From the NCBI GenBank assembly GCA_017404555.1, contig JAFRCD010000002.1, forward strand, positions 59,793 through 123,792: a stretch of 64,000 bases of DNA. Direction: 5' to 3'. Shown here in pieces: positions 40,833 through 51,975 of this stretch. Under the pieces are notes generated by a model. It saw only the letters and a program-made list of their open reading frames with translations. It made no database searches and was not told where the DNA came from. Positions within the stretch are counted from its first letter, which is position 1; every line of letters starts with the position of its first letter. This DNA is from Bacilli bacterium. Its GTDB lineage: Bacteria; Bacillota_I; Bacilli_A; RF39; UBA660. Position numbers and translations under genes: made by a program.

Positions 40833-42094
40833 GAAACATCACCTTCTAAACAATAGATAGTATCCATTTTAATTTTCTTAGCTAAAGCAATGATATCTCT
40901 TTTAGTTACTTTCTTAATCATTTTTTTAGCTGTTTTAATATCATCTTCACCTAAAGTATCAATACTATAATACATATTAATAACATTATAAGGATTCTCT
41001 TCTACCGTATTCATATTAGATAAAAGAATAGCTTTAGATTTTTTAATATCCTTTTCTGTTAAATGACCTCTTTTAATTTCAATCATAATATCATCAACTA
41101 AACGAATTACATTTTTCAAATTCTCTTTAGATATTCCTGCTCTAATTAATAGAGTATGATCTAATTTATATGAACTAGAATAAATATAATAAGCATAGGA
41201 ATATTTTTCTCTAATAATCTTAAAAAGCTTACTATCGCCAGTTGATCCTCCTAAAATTAGATTGTATACAGGCAAAACATATTGTTCTTCAAATTTAGTT
41301 AGCTTTTTAATTCGACAACCAATAGTTAATTTAGATTGATTATGATCATCTTTTTCAGTAATAATTAATGGTTTCCTAAGAGCTTTTTTCTCTTCTAAAT
41401 AAAAACCTATTCTTTTCTTCTTTAATACTTTAGACGAGAAGTTAGTAGTAATAATTTTTTCCATTTCTAAAAAATTAATATCTCCTACTACATAAACATC
41501 CATCATTGAATTATCAATCATATCTTTATAGTGTTTATACAAATTAGTAACATTAATATCTTTTAAATCTTCTAAATAACCGCACATTCTAAGAGAACTA
41601 GGTCTTTTCTTATCCATCTCTTCACTTAATCTAATCGCACTAAATAAGGAAGTGTTTTCTTTTAGACGTTCTAAATACTCTTTATTATCTTTTTTAATAA
41701 TATTAACTACTTTAGGATTAAATCTTCTACTTTCAACATCAGGGTTATACATAACTTCACTTAACAATTCAATTGCTTCCTTGGCATTACCTTTTTCAGT
41801 ATACTTATCATTTAAAATATCAATCGAAAAAACTGTCGTTAAGTAATTACCAAAACGATAGTTATTGACTGTGATATTGGAAGCATATAGTTCTTGTTCC
41901 CTAATATTTAAAAGTTTATTGGTATTATAAGTCTTAGTTGAATAAGTTAAGACATCAGTTAAGATATTACGCATAGTAATATCTTCTCTCTTAATAGGTT
42001 TCTTTAAATATATTTTAACTACTACTTCTTTAAAATTATCAGTCTTTATTAAATGAATATTATATGATCCTTTATCAATCTTTTTATATTCCAT
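40829..42094 (-). CDS. M16-family peptidase-like protein (non-catalytic partner)
   Basis: Same length and fold class as the neighbour but without HxxEH. Overlapping gene pair, like Bacillus ymfF/ymfH. Confidence 0.55.
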   Translation of the reverse strand: MEYKKIDKGSYNIHLIKTDNFKEVVVKIYLKKPIKREDITMRNILTDVLTYSTKTYNTNKLLNIREQELYASNITVNNYRFGNYLTTVFSIDILNDKYTEKGNAKEAIELLSEVMYNPDVESRRFNPKVVNIIKKDNKEYLERLKENTSLFSAIRLSEEMDKKRPSSLRMCGYLEDLKDINVTNLYKHYKDMIDNSMMDVYVVGDINFLEMEKIITTNFSSKVLKKKRIGFYLEEKKALRKPLIITEKDDHNQSKLTIGCRIKKLTKFEEQYVLPVYNLILGGSTGDSKLFKIIREKYSYAYYIYSSSYKLDHTLLIRAGISKENLKNVIRLVDDIMIEIKRGHLTEKDIKKSKAILLSNMNTVEENPYNVINMYYSIDTLGEDDIKTAKKMIKKVTKRDIIALAKKIKMDTIYCLEGDVS

Positions 42095-42140
42095 TGTCTT
42101 CTTCTCCTCTTATTTATTATGTCCGAGTTATAGTTTTTTA

Positions 42141-42848
42141 TTAAATAGAATCTAGGGCCAATAAAATCATATCATTTAATTTAGTTTCCCGATCCCCACT
42201 AGATATTTCAATATTACTAAAAGATGAATCTACTATCGTTAGAATAGAAGCTGCTTCTTTATTGAGATGTTTAGCTATTGCGAAAAGAGCTGCGGTTTCC
42301 ATTTCAGAAGCCAAAGTATCTAAATCAGCTGGATAATTCGCAAAATACTTTTCCTTATCAAGATAAACATCAAAGACATCAGAAGTTATAATTCTACCTC
42401 TTTGATAAGATAGATTCTTTTCTTTAGTTATCTCTTCTAATTTATTAGTAAGTTCTTTGGTAGCATAATACTCTTTTTCTGAATCATCAAAGAAAAGTTT
42501 AGGATATGCTGATAATGTGAACGCACTATCAGCAATAACTATATCTAAGACATTAACTTCTTTTTTATTAGCTCCTGCGGTACCTACTCTAATAATTTTT
42601 TCAACATCATAAAACTTATATAGTTCATAAGCATAGATACCCATACTAGGCATACCCATACCAGATGCGAAAACAGTAACTTCTTTTTCCTTATATTTAC
42701 CAGTAAAAGCTAACATACCCCGAACATCATTTACTTCTTTCACATCAGTTAAAAAATTATCCGCAATATATTTAGCTCTTAGGGGATCCCCAGGCATAAT
42801 TACTGTTTTAGCAATATCTCCTTTTTTAGATTCAATGTGTGCAGTCAT
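42141..42848 (-). CDS. deoD: Purine nucleoside phosphorylase, DeoD-type
   Basis: MTAHIESKKGDIAKTVIMPGDPLRAKYIA N-terminus typical of PNP family 1. Confidence 0.9.
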   Translation of the reverse strand: MTAHIESKKGDIAKTVIMPGDPLRAKYIADNFLTDVKEVNDVRGMLAFTGKYKEKEVTVFASGMGMPSMGIYAYELYKFYDVEKIIRVGTAGANKKEVNVLDIVIADSAFTLSAYPKLFFDDSEKEYYATKELTNKLEEITKEKNLSYQRGRIITSDVFDVYLDKEKYFANYPADLDTLASEMETAALFAIAKHLNKEAASILTIVDSSFSNIEISSGDRETKLNDMILLALDSI

Positions 42849-42884
42849 TTTTACCTCCTACTAAATAAAGAGAATTCCTTCTCT

Positions 42885-45071
42885 TTATTCTTCTTCGTCT
42901 CCTTCTAATTTGATTAATACTTTTCGTGGTTTAGAACCATTTGCTGGTCCCACTATACCTCTTTCTTCTAATAAATCAATAATCCGAGCCGCTCTATTAT
43001 ATCCTAGTTTAAACTTTCTTTGTAATAAAGAGGCACTAGCTTTACCATTTTCAATAACAAATTCTACTACTTCATCATATAAAGGATCATCATCACTACC
43101 TTGTTCAGCTTTAGATGAAGTAGCTTTAGGACTAGCATCCAACTTCAATAATTCTTCATCATAAGAAGCTTTTTGCTGATTAATAGTATGATCTATTATT
43201 CGTTTAATCTCTTCATCTGTGATAAAGGATCCTTGTATTCTAGTTGGTGTATTCATTCCAATAGGTAGATAAAGCATATCACCTTTACCAAGTAGTTTTT
43301 CAGCACCAGTTTGATCTAAAATAGTTCTAGAATCAACTCCAGATCCTACTGAGAATGATATTCTTGATGGAATATTAGCCTTAATAAGACCAGTAATAAC
43401 ATCAGTAGATGGTCTTTGGGTCGCTACAATTAAATGCATTCCCGCTGCTCTAGCTTTTTGGGTAATTCTAAGAATAGAATCTTCTACTTCTTTAGCCGCT
43501 ACCATCATTAAATCAGATAACTCATCAATAATAATTACTACATAAGGCATCTTCTTCTTTGGTTCATCTTTATGTTTAGCATTGTATTTATTAATATAAT
43601 TATTGTATCCTTCAATATTCTTAGTCTTAGTTTCATTAAATTCTTCATATCTGCGTTCCATTTCTGCTACCATCTTGGCAAGAGCAACAGCGGCTTTTTT
43701 AGGATCAGTTACTACTGGACACATAAGATGAGGAATACCATTATAAACCGATAATTCTACTACTTTTGGATCAACCATTACTAGTTTTACTTCATCCGGT
43801 TTAGCCCTCATCAAAATAGAACAAATAATACCATTAACACAAACTGATTTACCACTACCTGTAGTACCAGCAATTAAAAGATGAGGCATCTTATTAATTT
43901 CACAAACACCAATTTCTCCCATAATACTTTTACCTAGAGGTACCATCAGTTTTTTATCAAAAGCATTCTGCATTTTTTTACTATTAATTATTTCATAGAA
44001 ACTAACTGGAATTGGTTTATCATTAGCAAACTCAACACCAACAGTATTCTTACCTGGAATAGGTGCTTCAATTCGAACATCTTTCTTAGCTAAAGCTAAA
44101 GAAATCTCCCTATTGATAGCTAAAATACGATTAACACGAGTACCACTAGCAATATCTAATTCATATTGAACAACAGATGGTCCAACATGAACTTCTACAA
44201 CTTTACCAGATATCTTGAAATCATTAAGAACTTTCTCTAAAGTTTCAATGTTCTTCTCAATAATAGCTTCATTAGCTTCTTTTTTAACCGCTTTTGGTTT
44301 ATTAAGAAGATCCATACTTGGTAAAACATAATTAGCCATAGACCCCTCTTCTTTAGGAGCATCTTTTTCTTCAAGAGGAACTTTTTTCAATTCATCAATG
44401 CTAGAAATAACCATTTTTTCATCTTCGTCACCAGCACTAATCTTAACATCTCTTCTTTTTCTTTCTTTTAGGCCCTTATTCTCTGCTCGTTTTTCTCTAT
44501 ATTCAGCAAAGGTTTCTTTTAAAGTTTCCATAATAGAGAAACCAGTAAATAGTGCTAAACCTAGGCCTACTAAAACCCAAGATATGATCTGCATACCAGT
44601 AAATGAGAATAGTTTGTCAAAGAGAATAGCTAGACTACCACCAATAATACCTCCACCGACATCAAATAGATTCTCAACACTACCATTATTCATAATTGAA
44701 TTAAAAGACGCAACCAATTCATTAATGGTTTCTTTGAAAATAGCCGCCATATTAGAATCATTTTCTAAGACAAAATCTTTATGCATCATGATTAAAAGAC
44801 CAATTACAATTAAATAGATACCAATCAGTCTACTTTGTAAGAAATCAGGCCACTTTCTTTTGATAATTAAGTAAAGACCTAAAATACATAAAACTACTAA
44901 TAAAACCATGTAAAGAGATCCCACTAAGAAAAGAGCAAATGAGGCCAACATTCTACCGACAGGACCATATTTACCAATACCTAAAATAGCGATTAAAACA
45001 AACAAAACACCATATAGTTCTTCGCTATGTTCAAATCTTTTTACATGCTTTCTATTCTTTTTCTTTGCCAT
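42885..45071 (-). CDS. ftsK: DNA translocase FtsK/SpoIIIE
   Basis: N-terminal TM helices, FtsK motor domain with Walker A GTTGSGKSV, and a C-terminal gamma winged-helix. Confidence 0.9.
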   Translation of the reverse strand: MAKKKNRKHVKRFEHSEELYGVLFVLIAILGIGKYGPVGRMLASFALFLVGSLYMVLLVVLCILGLYLIIKRKWPDFLQSRLIGIYLIVIGLLIMMHKDFVLENDSNMAAIFKETINELVASFNSIMNNGSVENLFDVGGGIIGGSLAILFDKLFSFTGMQIISWVLVGLGLALFTGFSIMETLKETFAEYREKRAENKGLKERKRRDVKISAGDEDEKMVISSIDELKKVPLEEKDAPKEEGSMANYVLPSMDLLNKPKAVKKEANEAIIEKNIETLEKVLNDFKISGKVVEVHVGPSVVQYELDIASGTRVNRILAINREISLALAKKDVRIEAPIPGKNTVGVEFANDKPIPVSFYEIINSKKMQNAFDKKLMVPLGKSIMGEIGVCEINKMPHLLIAGTTGSGKSVCVNGIICSILMRAKPDEVKLVMVDPKVVELSVYNGIPHLMCPVVTDPKKAAVALAKMVAEMERRYEEFNETKTKNIEGYNNYINKYNAKHKDEPKKKMPYVVIIIDELSDLMMVAAKEVEDSILRITQKARAAGMHLIVATQRPSTDVITGLIKANIPSRISFSVGSGVDSRTILDQTGAEKLLGKGDMLYLPIGMNTPTRIQGSFITDEEIKRIIDHTINQQKASYDEELLKLDASPKATSSKAEQGSDDDPLYDEVVEFVIENGKASASLLQRKFKLGYNRAARIIDLLEERGIVGPANGSKPRKVLIKLEGDEEE

Positions 45072-45154
45072 ATTTATACCTCTATATAAATTATAGCATC
45101 ACTAAATCACAAATGACAATAAAAAAGTGTCAAATAAAGACTTTGTTTACACAT

Positions 45155-45178
45155 GAAAAAATCAACCTAAAGGTTGAT
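45155..45178 (-). terminator. Rho-independent terminator after ftsZ
   Basis: Inverted repeat atcaacct/aggttgat directly after the ftsZ stop, followed by a U-run on the transcript. Confidence 0.5.
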
Positions 45179-46306
45179 TTAAAAATTCCTGTTTTGTAAG
45201 AATGGTGGCAATTCAAATTCATCACCATTATCATCGTCATCATCAGCATTTGTTGTAGCAACATAAGCTAATTCTGGTTCCTTACTTTTTTGTTTTCTTT
45301 TAGACTCAATATTTGATTGGAATAGAGTCTCTGGTTCTTCTTTTTCTTTTTTACTCTTCTTATCAAAACCAGTAGCAATTACAGTAACAATTACTTCATC
45401 AGATAAGTTCTCATTGATAACTGAACCAAAGATAGTATTAATATCATTATCAGCAGCAGCTCTTACTACTTCAGCAGCTTGTTCTGCTTCAAACAAAGTA
45501 AGGTTTACACCACCAGTAATATTAATTATAGCATCTGTAGCACCAGAAATAGATGTATCCAAAAGTGGTGACGCTACAGCTTGTTTAGCTGCTTCAATAG
45601 CTCTATCTTCACCCATACCTATACCAATACCGATAATAGCTTTACCAGATTTCTCCATTACAGCTTTAACATCGGCAAAGTCTAGATTGACAAGTCCTAC
45701 TACAGCAATCAAATCAGAGATAGATTGAACACCTCTTCTTAGAACATTATCAACCTCTTTAAAGGCTTCTAACATTGGTGTTGACTTATCAACTATTTCT
45801 CTTAAACGATCATTAGGAATAACAATCAAAGTGTCAACATGTTTTCTTAATTCACTTAAACCTTTTAAGGCATTTTCCATTCTTCTTTTTCCTTCAAAGG
45901 AGAAAGGTTTAGTAACAATAGCTACTGTTAGTGCACCTAAAGCTTGAGATATTTCAGCAATTACTGGAGCAGCACCAGTACCAGTTCCTCCACCCATTCC
46001 ACAGGTAATAAAAACCATATCAGCACCAGCTAAAGCATCTTCAATCTCTTTTTTAGATTCAATAGCAGATTCCTTACCAATTTCTGGCATACCACCAGCA
46101 CCTAGTCCATCAGTAAGAGATGCTCCTATTTGAATCTTAGTATCAGCTTTAGAGTTATTTAATACTTGTAAATCAGTATTAGCAACCATAAATTCAACGC
46201 CTTTGACACCAGACTCTACCATTCTATTAACAGCATTATTTCCGCCGCCACCGACACCAATTACTTTTATTTTTGCTAATTGATCCATTTCTAATCCGCC
46301 TAACAT
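45179..46306 (-). CDS. ftsZ: Cell division GTPase FtsZ
   Basis: GGGTGTG tubulin signature; AGGAGG RBS before the first ATG. Confidence 0.95.
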   Translation of the reverse strand: MLGGLEMDQLAKIKVIGVGGGGNNAVNRMVESGVKGVEFMVANTDLQVLNNSKADTKIQIGASLTDGLGAGGMPEIGKESAIESKKEIEDALAGADMVFITCGMGGGTGTGAAPVIAEISQALGALTVAIVTKPFSFEGKRRMENALKGLSELRKHVDTLIVIPNDRLREIVDKSTPMLEAFKEVDNVLRRGVQSISDLIAVVGLVNLDFADVKAVMEKSGKAIIGIGIGMGEDRAIEAAKQAVASPLLDTSISGATDAIINITGGVNLTLFEAEQAAEVVRAAADNDINTIFGSVINENLSDEVIVTVIATGFDKKSKKEKEEPETLFQSNIESKRKQKSKEPELAYVATTNADDDDDNGDEFELPPFLQNRNF

Positions 46307-46317
46307 ATTATCCTCCT

Positions 46318-47541
46318 TTAATCAAAAAAGTGTCCAAACATCTTGTTTATTACGCCAGCATTTTTATCTTCATTTATATTAGTTTTAACAAAATTATCAT
46401 CTATTAATGTTTCCTCTTGATCTCTAAGAGCTAATTTTTCATCATAGTATTTAATTAATCCTAAAGCTGCACTATACTTATTTTCTCTAGCTCCTAAAGT
46501 AGTCATATTGAAGACTGTTGCCTTGTGACGAAAAACATCATCAACAACATATGAAAAGCCTGATAGCTCTGTCATGCCTCCTGTTATAATTATATATCTT
46601 ATTTCTCTTTTTGTTAAGTTTTTTATCTCTTTTTTTGCAACTTTTAAGATCTCTACAATCCGTGCTTCTACTACTTTAGAAATATCTAACTGAGACACTT
46701 CTTGTTTTTCATTACTATTATCAACAATCTCTACTTTATCCATGTCATCAGAGTAGTTTTCAGAAGCAGTTGCGAACTCTTCTTTTAGTCTATTAGCTGT
46801 TGTTCTATCTATTTTATAAACATAAGCTAAATCATTATTAACATGGTGTCCACCAAGAGGAATAGATGAAGTATTAATCATAATTCCTTTAGTAAATATT
46901 GATATAGTAGTAATATCTTCACCAATATTAATAATTGCTCCTACTTCTTGATCAATATCTTTATTGTGAACTGTATAATAATCCCCAATAGTTTTATAAG
47001 CCATATCAACAACTTCTAAACCAGCTAAATCAATAACACCTAACATTTGGTAAAGACTTGTTTTAGGTGAAGTAGTAAGCACTACTTTAACTTCTAGTTT
47101 TGTTCCTCTTTTCCCTTTAGGATTCTTTATTTTTTCTAAATCGTTTATTCTAAAGAATACTGGTGTTACTGTTACTAGTTCTTCTTTATTTAATATTTTT
47201 TTAGAAGCTGCTTCTTTAATTACTTCAGAAATATCACTACCAGTAATTACTTTTTCTTCTTCAAACTCTATTTCTCCTTCAGCCATATCAAATTTAGTTT
47301 CATCTTCATATACACAAGCAATTACTTTATTAATTTCTGTATTTAATTTGGCTTCTTGTCTTTTCTTTACTTCTTTAATAGCCTCCACTACTTTAGCAGC
47401 ATTAACTATTAAGCCTTTTTTAACCCCGTGCGATTTAATACTATCGGAAGCTAATGGATAGAATTTGCCATTATGTTTTTTGACAGTAACAAGTTTAACT
47501 GTATCACTACCAATATCGATAGCTGTATATATATTACTCAT
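46318..47541 (-). CDS. ftsA: Cell division protein FtsA
   Basis: Actin-like ATPase with N-terminus [18 protein letters not shown]; located immediately upstream of ftsZ. Confidence 0.9.
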   Translation of the reverse strand: MSNIYTAIDIGSDTVKLVTVKKHNGKFYPLASDSIKSHGVKKGLIVNAAKVVEAIKEVKKRQEAKLNTEINKVIACVYEDETKFDMAEGEIEFEEEKVITGSDISEVIKEAASKKILNKEELVTVTPVFFRINDLEKIKNPKGKRGTKLEVKVVLTTSPKTSLYQMLGVIDLAGLEVVDMAYKTIGDYYTVHNKDIDQEVGAIINIGEDITTISIFTKGIMINTSSIPLGGHHVNNDLAYVYKIDRTTANRLKEEFATASENYSDDMDKVEIVDNSNEKQEVSQLDISKVVEARIVEILKVAKKEIKNLTKREIRYIIITGGMTELSGFSYVVDDVFRHKATVFNMTTLGARENKYSAALGLIKYYDEKLALRDQEETLIDDNFVKTNINEDKNAGVINKMFGHFFD

Positions 47542-47568
47542 ATCTTACCTCCGATCCTTATTAATACA

Positions 47569-47597
47569 ATTATACTATATTTTTACTTTTAAGCCAA
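47569..47597 (-). promoter_or_regulatory. Candidate sigma-A promoter for ftsAZ (TTGGCT-17-TATAAT)
   Basis: On the minus strand, -35 at 47592-47597 and -10 at 47569-47574 with a 17-nt spacer, about 25 nt upstream of the ftsA RBS. Confidence 0.35.
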
Positions 47598-47613
47598 CTT
47601 TTTTCCTGCTTAT

Positions 47614-48294
47614 TTATTTCATTATCTTAAAATGATTACCACTATCTAAGTAAAGAATACCTTTTTTACCTTCTAGTTGAGCTAAAACATCATTATAATA
47701 GTTCATCTTTTTAAACTTAGTTAATGTTAAATAAACTGAATTATCATCATCCATGAATAGTAAAAACCGGTCTTTATCGTATTGATTAGGGGTATAAGAT
47801 ATTTCTGATACTTTAACTAGAATAGTCGGTTTAATTGTCTTCATTTTAGTAACTAGTTTTTTATATGTTTTAGGAGGAACCTCATTAGTAAGTCTAGGTA
47901 CTAATAAATCAGCATCGCTTTCAATAGCATGACCATTATCTAATACATATTTATTTTTCAAACTATCAAAGAAAAGAGGTTCGTGTTCTGTAACAGTAAT
48001 CGTCATAGTGTGATAGAAACCTTTCTGAACTTTAACATCTTTAATATAAGGACTCTTCTTTAGTTTCTTTCTAACTGACCAACTAGAAGTATGCCAAAAA
48101 CTAGGATAGTCTTCTATACCAGCTTCCTTCATTATATACTCATCAGTCAAATAATTTGTCTTTAAAATAGTTATATTTTTGATAGGAGTATTTAAATATA
48201 ATTCCACACCCAAAAAGATTAATGCTAGAATAACTAGCATTATGAAAAAAGGTAAAAGCTTTAATTTCTTCTTCTTGACTATTTTTTTGGCCAT
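47614..48294 (-). CDS. divIB: Cell division protein DivIB/FtsQ
   Basis: Lys-rich N-terminus, single TM helix, and a POTRA-like extracellular region; position between murB and ftsA. Start at the Met behind a GGGAG RBS. Confidence 0.6.
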   Translation of the reverse strand: MAKKIVKKKKLKLLPFFIMLVILALIFLGVELYLNTPIKNITILKTNYLTDEYIMKEAGIEDYPSFWHTSSWSVRKKLKKSPYIKDVKVQKGFYHTMTITVTEHEPLFFDSLKNKYVLDNGHAIESDADLLVPRLTNEVPPKTYKKLVTKMKTIKPTILVKVSEISYTPNQYDKDRFLLFMDDDNSVYLTLTKFKKMNYYNDVLAQLEGKKGILYLDSGNHFKIMK

Positions 48295-48296
48295 AA

Positions 48297-49202
48297 TTAC
48301 TCCCAATTTACAAATTCTTGTTCAACTTTTAATTCGACATGATAATTCTTTTTAACTGTTTCTTTAGCAAAATCAATTAAATACTTAATATCATCACTAC
48401 TGGCATTACCCATATTAACGATAAAATTAGCATGTTTGTCACTAATCATAGCGCCACCTTTTTTAAGACCCTTTAAACCGCTCTTTTCAATCAATTCACC
48501 AGCAAACATTCCTTCAGGATTACGGAAAACACTACCAGCTGAAGCATATTCTAATGGTTGAGACGCTATTCTTCTTTTTCTTCTTTCGTTAATAACTTCT
48601 TCAATAGCTTCTCTTTTACCACGAGCAAGTTTAATAGTAGCTTCCAAACAAACATATTTAGGATGTTTCTTTAAGAATGAAGTTCGATAATGGAAATTCA
48701 TTTCTCTATTAGTCATAACAATTATTTTTAACTCTGGTGTTAATACTTTGACATTAGTCACAATATAACCCATATCACTTTTATAAGCACCAGCATTCAT
48801 AAAGACAGCTCCACCAATTGTTCCAGGAATACCAGAAGCAAACTCTAATCCAGTTAAAGAGCGTTTAGCTGCTAAATGAGATAAACGTGGTAATGATACT
48901 CCAGCACCCACTGTTACTTTATTACCGTTCCATTCTATTTTATTAAATTCAGTTAATTTAATAAGAACTCCATCATACTTTTTGCTACTAAACAAAAGAT
49001 TAGAACCATTACCTAAAATCTTATATTTAACTTTATAATACTTAATTAAATTAATCAATTCTACTAGTTTTTCTTCATTTTTAGGATAGACAATAGCTTT
49101 AGCTATTCCTCCTACTTTATAAGTAGTGTATTTACTCAAAAAAACATTTTTTTCTACCTTACCAATATTAGAAGAAATAACTTTATTTAAAAATTCATCC
49201 AT
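48297..49202 (-). CDS. murB: UDP-N-acetylenolpyruvoylglucosamine reductase
   Basis: FAD-binding FASGIPGTIGGAVFMNAGAY motif. Confidence 0.9.
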   Translation of the reverse strand: MDEFLNKVISSNIGKVEKNVFLSKYTTYKVGGIAKAIVYPKNEEKLVELINLIKYYKVKYKILGNGSNLLFSSKKYDGVLIKLTEFNKIEWNGNKVTVGAGVSLPRLSHLAAKRSLTGLEFASGIPGTIGGAVFMNAGAYKSDMGYIVTNVKVLTPELKIIVMTNREMNFHYRTSFLKKHPKYVCLEATIKLARGKREAIEEVINERRKRRIASQPLEYASAGSVFRNPEGMFAGELIEKSGLKGLKKGGAMISDKHANFIVNMGNASSDDIKYLIDFAKETVKKNYHVELKVEQEFVNWE

Positions 49203-49203
49203 G

Positions 49204-50295
49204 TTATTTCCCCTCTTTCAGTTTTACTATTTCATCATATATTTTAGAAGCACTATCTTTAACTCCTAAACTTAGTGATCCTTTTTTCATCTTTTGATAT
49301 AGTTTTTCATCACCTAGTATTTCCGAAATAGTAGTTAGGACATTTTCCTTATTAAAATCATCTTCTTCAATAATTCGACAGGCATTATTTTTTTCTAGTT
49401 CTTTAGCATTTTTAAGTTGATGATTATTAGTAACATATGGTGATGGTACTAAAATAGCTGGTAAGCCAATAGAAGTTATTTCAGCAATAGTTGAAGCTCC
49501 TGCCCTAGAAATAATTAAATCAGTATCTTTCATAATAGAAATTAACTCATCAGAATAAGGAATAATTAAAACATTTTTACCATGTTTAATGTTTTTATAC
49601 TCATCATAGTAATTATTACCAGTTATTAATAATACTTGATAAGCTTCTTTATCAAACTCTGGAATTAATTCCTTTAGCTTAGTTGTCATTGTTGTAGAAC
49701 CTAAACTACCCATGACAATAACTACTAATTTTTTGTCTTTAGAAAAACCATATTTAGTACGACTAATACTTTTAATCTTAATAATCTCTTCACTACGAGG
49801 ATTACCGGTATAAACCACTTTATCTTTTAAGTCATCTTCAATATAATCTAATGTTTCTTTTAGAGAAACACATAGTTTATCTACTTTTTTAAGAAGCATT
49901 TTATTAGTCATCCCTAAAACAGCATTTTGTTCATGGATTATAGTTTTATATCCCAATTTGGTAGCAGCTGAAATAACTGGAGCAGTAATATAACCACCAA
50001 CTCCAATTACAACATCAGGATCAAAATCTTTAATTACTTGTCTTGCCTTTTTCAAAGCTTGTTGATACGTCAATAAAACTTTTATATTCTTGAAAATATT
50101 CTTCCTATTTATTCCCTGCATAGCAATACCCTGGTAATCAATACCCATTTTAGGAATAATATCTTTTTCCATTCTATCAGTAGTACCAATATATAGAAGT
50201 TGCAGATTCTTGTCTTTTTCTTTTAATTTATTGATGATGGCTACTGCAGGATAGATATGTCCCCCGGTACCACCAGCAGAAATAATTACTTTCAT
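49204..50295 (-). CDS. murG: UDP-GlcNAc:undecaprenyl-PP-MurNAc-pentapeptide GlcNAc transferase
   Basis: GGTGGHIYPAVAI N-terminal signature. The ORF-track start is GTG; the ATG three codons later has an AAGGTGA RBS. Confidence 0.9.
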   Translation of the reverse strand: MKVIISAGGTGGHIYPAVAIINKLKEKDKNLQLLYIGTTDRMEKDIIPKMGIDYQGIAMQGINRKNIFKNIKVLLTYQQALKKARQVIKDFDPDVVIGVGGYITAPVISAATKLGYKTIIHEQNAVLGMTNKMLLKKVDKLCVSLKETLDYIEDDLKDKVVYTGNPRSEEIIKIKSISRTKYGFSKDKKLVVIVMGSLGSTTMTTKLKELIPEFDKEAYQVLLITGNNYYDEYKNIKHGKNVLIIPYSDELISIMKDTDLIISRAGASTIAEITSIGLPAILVPSPYVTNNHQLKNAKELEKNNACRIIEEDDFNKENVLTTISEILGDEKLYQKMKKGSLSLGVKDSASKIYDEIVKLKEGK

Positions 50296-50405
50296 TATAA
50301 TCACCTTTATATTTATATAGTATTTTAAATACTCTTAATCGTTACTTTAATTATACCTTTAATTTGATTATAAGTAAATAAAAAACAGTCGTTAGACTGT
50401 CATGT

Positions 50406-50963
50406 TTATTCACTTTCTTCTACTTTAATAAGGCCATGATAATGACCATCTTTATCAAGATTTAAATTAGTGTCTTTATCAATCCATAATCTAATAGTAT
50501 AATCAGCTGTTTTACCAGGTTCAATAATATCAGTAGCTAAAACACCGTTTTCTAATTCATTTAATAAAACGATATTATTATGTTCCTTATCCTTATGATA
50601 ACCAAGCTTAATACTTTCTATTGGTAGTTTAGTATCACTGCATCCATCAAGATCATACTCTTCTTTATCATCAAGAATCTTAACAGTATATTTCAAATTC
50701 ATCTTACTGTTGTTTTTAATACTAATCGTATATCCTTTAGATGAAAGACCTAAAGCATCAGTTAATGGATTTACTTTAGTAATACTGATCTTGTCTTTTT
50801 CTTTTTCATGAAAAGTTACTTCTAAATTCTCAACAGGAGTAACTTGATCATTCTCTTTACTAAATTTATCATAAATAAATCTAGTAGCTACTATTGCGAA
50901 AAGTAAAATAAAGGCAATAACAATACCTCTTTTGAGATAATACTTTAATAAATACTTATTCAT
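50406..50963 (-). CDS. Membrane-anchored hypothetical protein (about 185 aa)
   Basis: Start at the internal Met (MNKYLLKYY...) behind an AAAGAGGTG RBS. Single TM helix, then a probably extracellular beta-rich domain. Confidence 0.35.
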   Translation of the reverse strand: MNKYLLKYYLKRGIVIAFILLFAIVATRFIYDKFSKENDQVTPVENLEVTFHEKEKDKISITKVNPLTDALGLSSKGYTISIKNNSKMNLKYTVKILDDKEEYDLDGCSDTKLPIESIKLGYHKDKEHNNIVLLNELENGVLATDIIEPGKTADYTIRLWIDKDTNLNLDKDGHYHGLIKVEESE

Positions 50964-50976
50964 AAAGCACCTCTTT

Positions 50977-51264
50977 CTATAGTGTGTCTGGAAGCTCTTT
51001 TTTAGAGTGAGCATACTTAATATTTTGACTACTTAAAACTTCATTATTTAACGATCTAGTATCTATTTCTGAAGATAGTAAATCCTTAATATATTCTGCA
51101 CTAGCTTCAGTGGCATAAACACTCTTCATATTTTTAATAAGTTCATTTAAATTATCAGCTTGTTTAGTAAATGCTTTGGTAAGATCAGCAATGTTTTCTT
51201 TACATAAATCTATTTGTCTTTCCAAAGCTAATATTGTATCTTCGGAGATTAATTGATCTTTCAT
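50977..51264 (-). CDS. Small alpha-helical hypothetical protein (95 aa)
   Basis: ORF predicted to be helical. Second of a small-protein pair upstream of the membrane-anchored protein. Confidence 0.3.
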   Translation of the reverse strand: MKDQLISEDTILALERQIDLCKENIADLTKAFTKQADNLNELIKNMKSVYATEASAEYIKDLLSSEIDTRSLNNEVLSSQNIKYAHSKKELPDTL

Positions 51265-51275
51265 AATGATACCTC

Positions 51276-51713
51276 CTATATAACATCTATTTTTTCAAAA
51301 TTATTATTAATATTCACTAGATTACTATTATCACTTAAAACATCTTCCACTTTCTTAACACTTTTAGCTATTTCTTCAGAAACACTATCTAATTGCTGTG
51401 GTTCTAAGTTAAATTTATCTAGATTTTCTAGTATTTTGAAATGAAGAGGACTATTAAGATATTCAACAACTCTATCATATCCATCTATTTTGACATCCCA
51501 AAAAGATTGGTCCATAACTGTAGAAGCTAAAGCATTACCAAAAGCAGAAGTTGGTGCTTTGGTACCATCACACTCTTTTAAAGCGTTGATGGTATGGGCC
51601 AAAAGATTAATTTCATCAACTAGATTAGTATAAGTATTCGTAAGGTTGTTTATTTCAGTTCGTAGTACTTTGGATACTTCACTTATTCCTTTTACCGATA
51701 CTGTACTTTCCAT
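51276..51713 (-). CDS. Small alpha-helical hypothetical protein (145 aa)
   Basis: ORF predicted to be helical/coiled-coil. First gene of the small-protein pair. Confidence 0.3.
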   Translation of the reverse strand: MESTVSVKGISEVSKVLRTEINNLTNTYTNLVDEINLLAHTINALKECDGTKAPTSAFGNALASTVMDQSFWDVKIDGYDRVVEYLNSPLHFKILENLDKFNLEPQQLDSVSEEIAKSVKKVEDVLSDNSNLVNINNNFEKIDVI

Positions 51714-51802
51714 AGTCTCTCCTTTTTTAATATACTAATATTATTATACAAAATATATTTCTTTTTGAATATAGTTTTCCCTATTTTTTTTACATTAATT
51801 TA

Positions 51803-51834
51803 CAAAAAAAACAAAACCACTATAATAGTGGTTT
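51803..51834 (-). terminator. Rho-independent terminator after tRNA-Arg
   Basis: Hairpin aaaccact-ataat-agtggttt followed by a U-run on the minus transcript. Confidence 0.55.
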
Positions 51835-51844
51835 TATATCAAAA

Positions 51845-51921
51845 TGGTACCCGCGAGGCGACTCGAACGCCTGACCGATCGCTTAGAAGGCGATTGCTCT
51901 ATCCAACTGAGCTACGCAGGC
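51845..51921 (-). tRNA. tRNA-Arg (anticodon UCU), CCA encoded
   Basis: The reverse complement GCCUGCGUAGCUCAGUUGGAUAGAGCAAUCGCCUUCUAAGCGAUCGGUCAGGCGUUCGAGUCGCCUCGCGGGUACCA folds as a cloverleaf with anticodon loop CUUCUAA. Confidence 0.85.
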
Positions 51922-51942
51922 ATATAGCACAGATACATATGA

Positions 51943-51971
51943 ATTATACACTAAAAAAAACTATTTTTCAA
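51943..51971 (-). promoter_or_regulatory. Candidate sigma-A promoter for tRNA-Arg (TTGAAA-17-TATAAT)
   Basis: On the minus strand, -35 at 51966-51971 and -10 at 51943-51948 with a 17-nt spacer, about 20 nt upstream of the mature tRNA 5' end. Confidence 0.4.
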
Positions 51972-51975
51972 GTTT

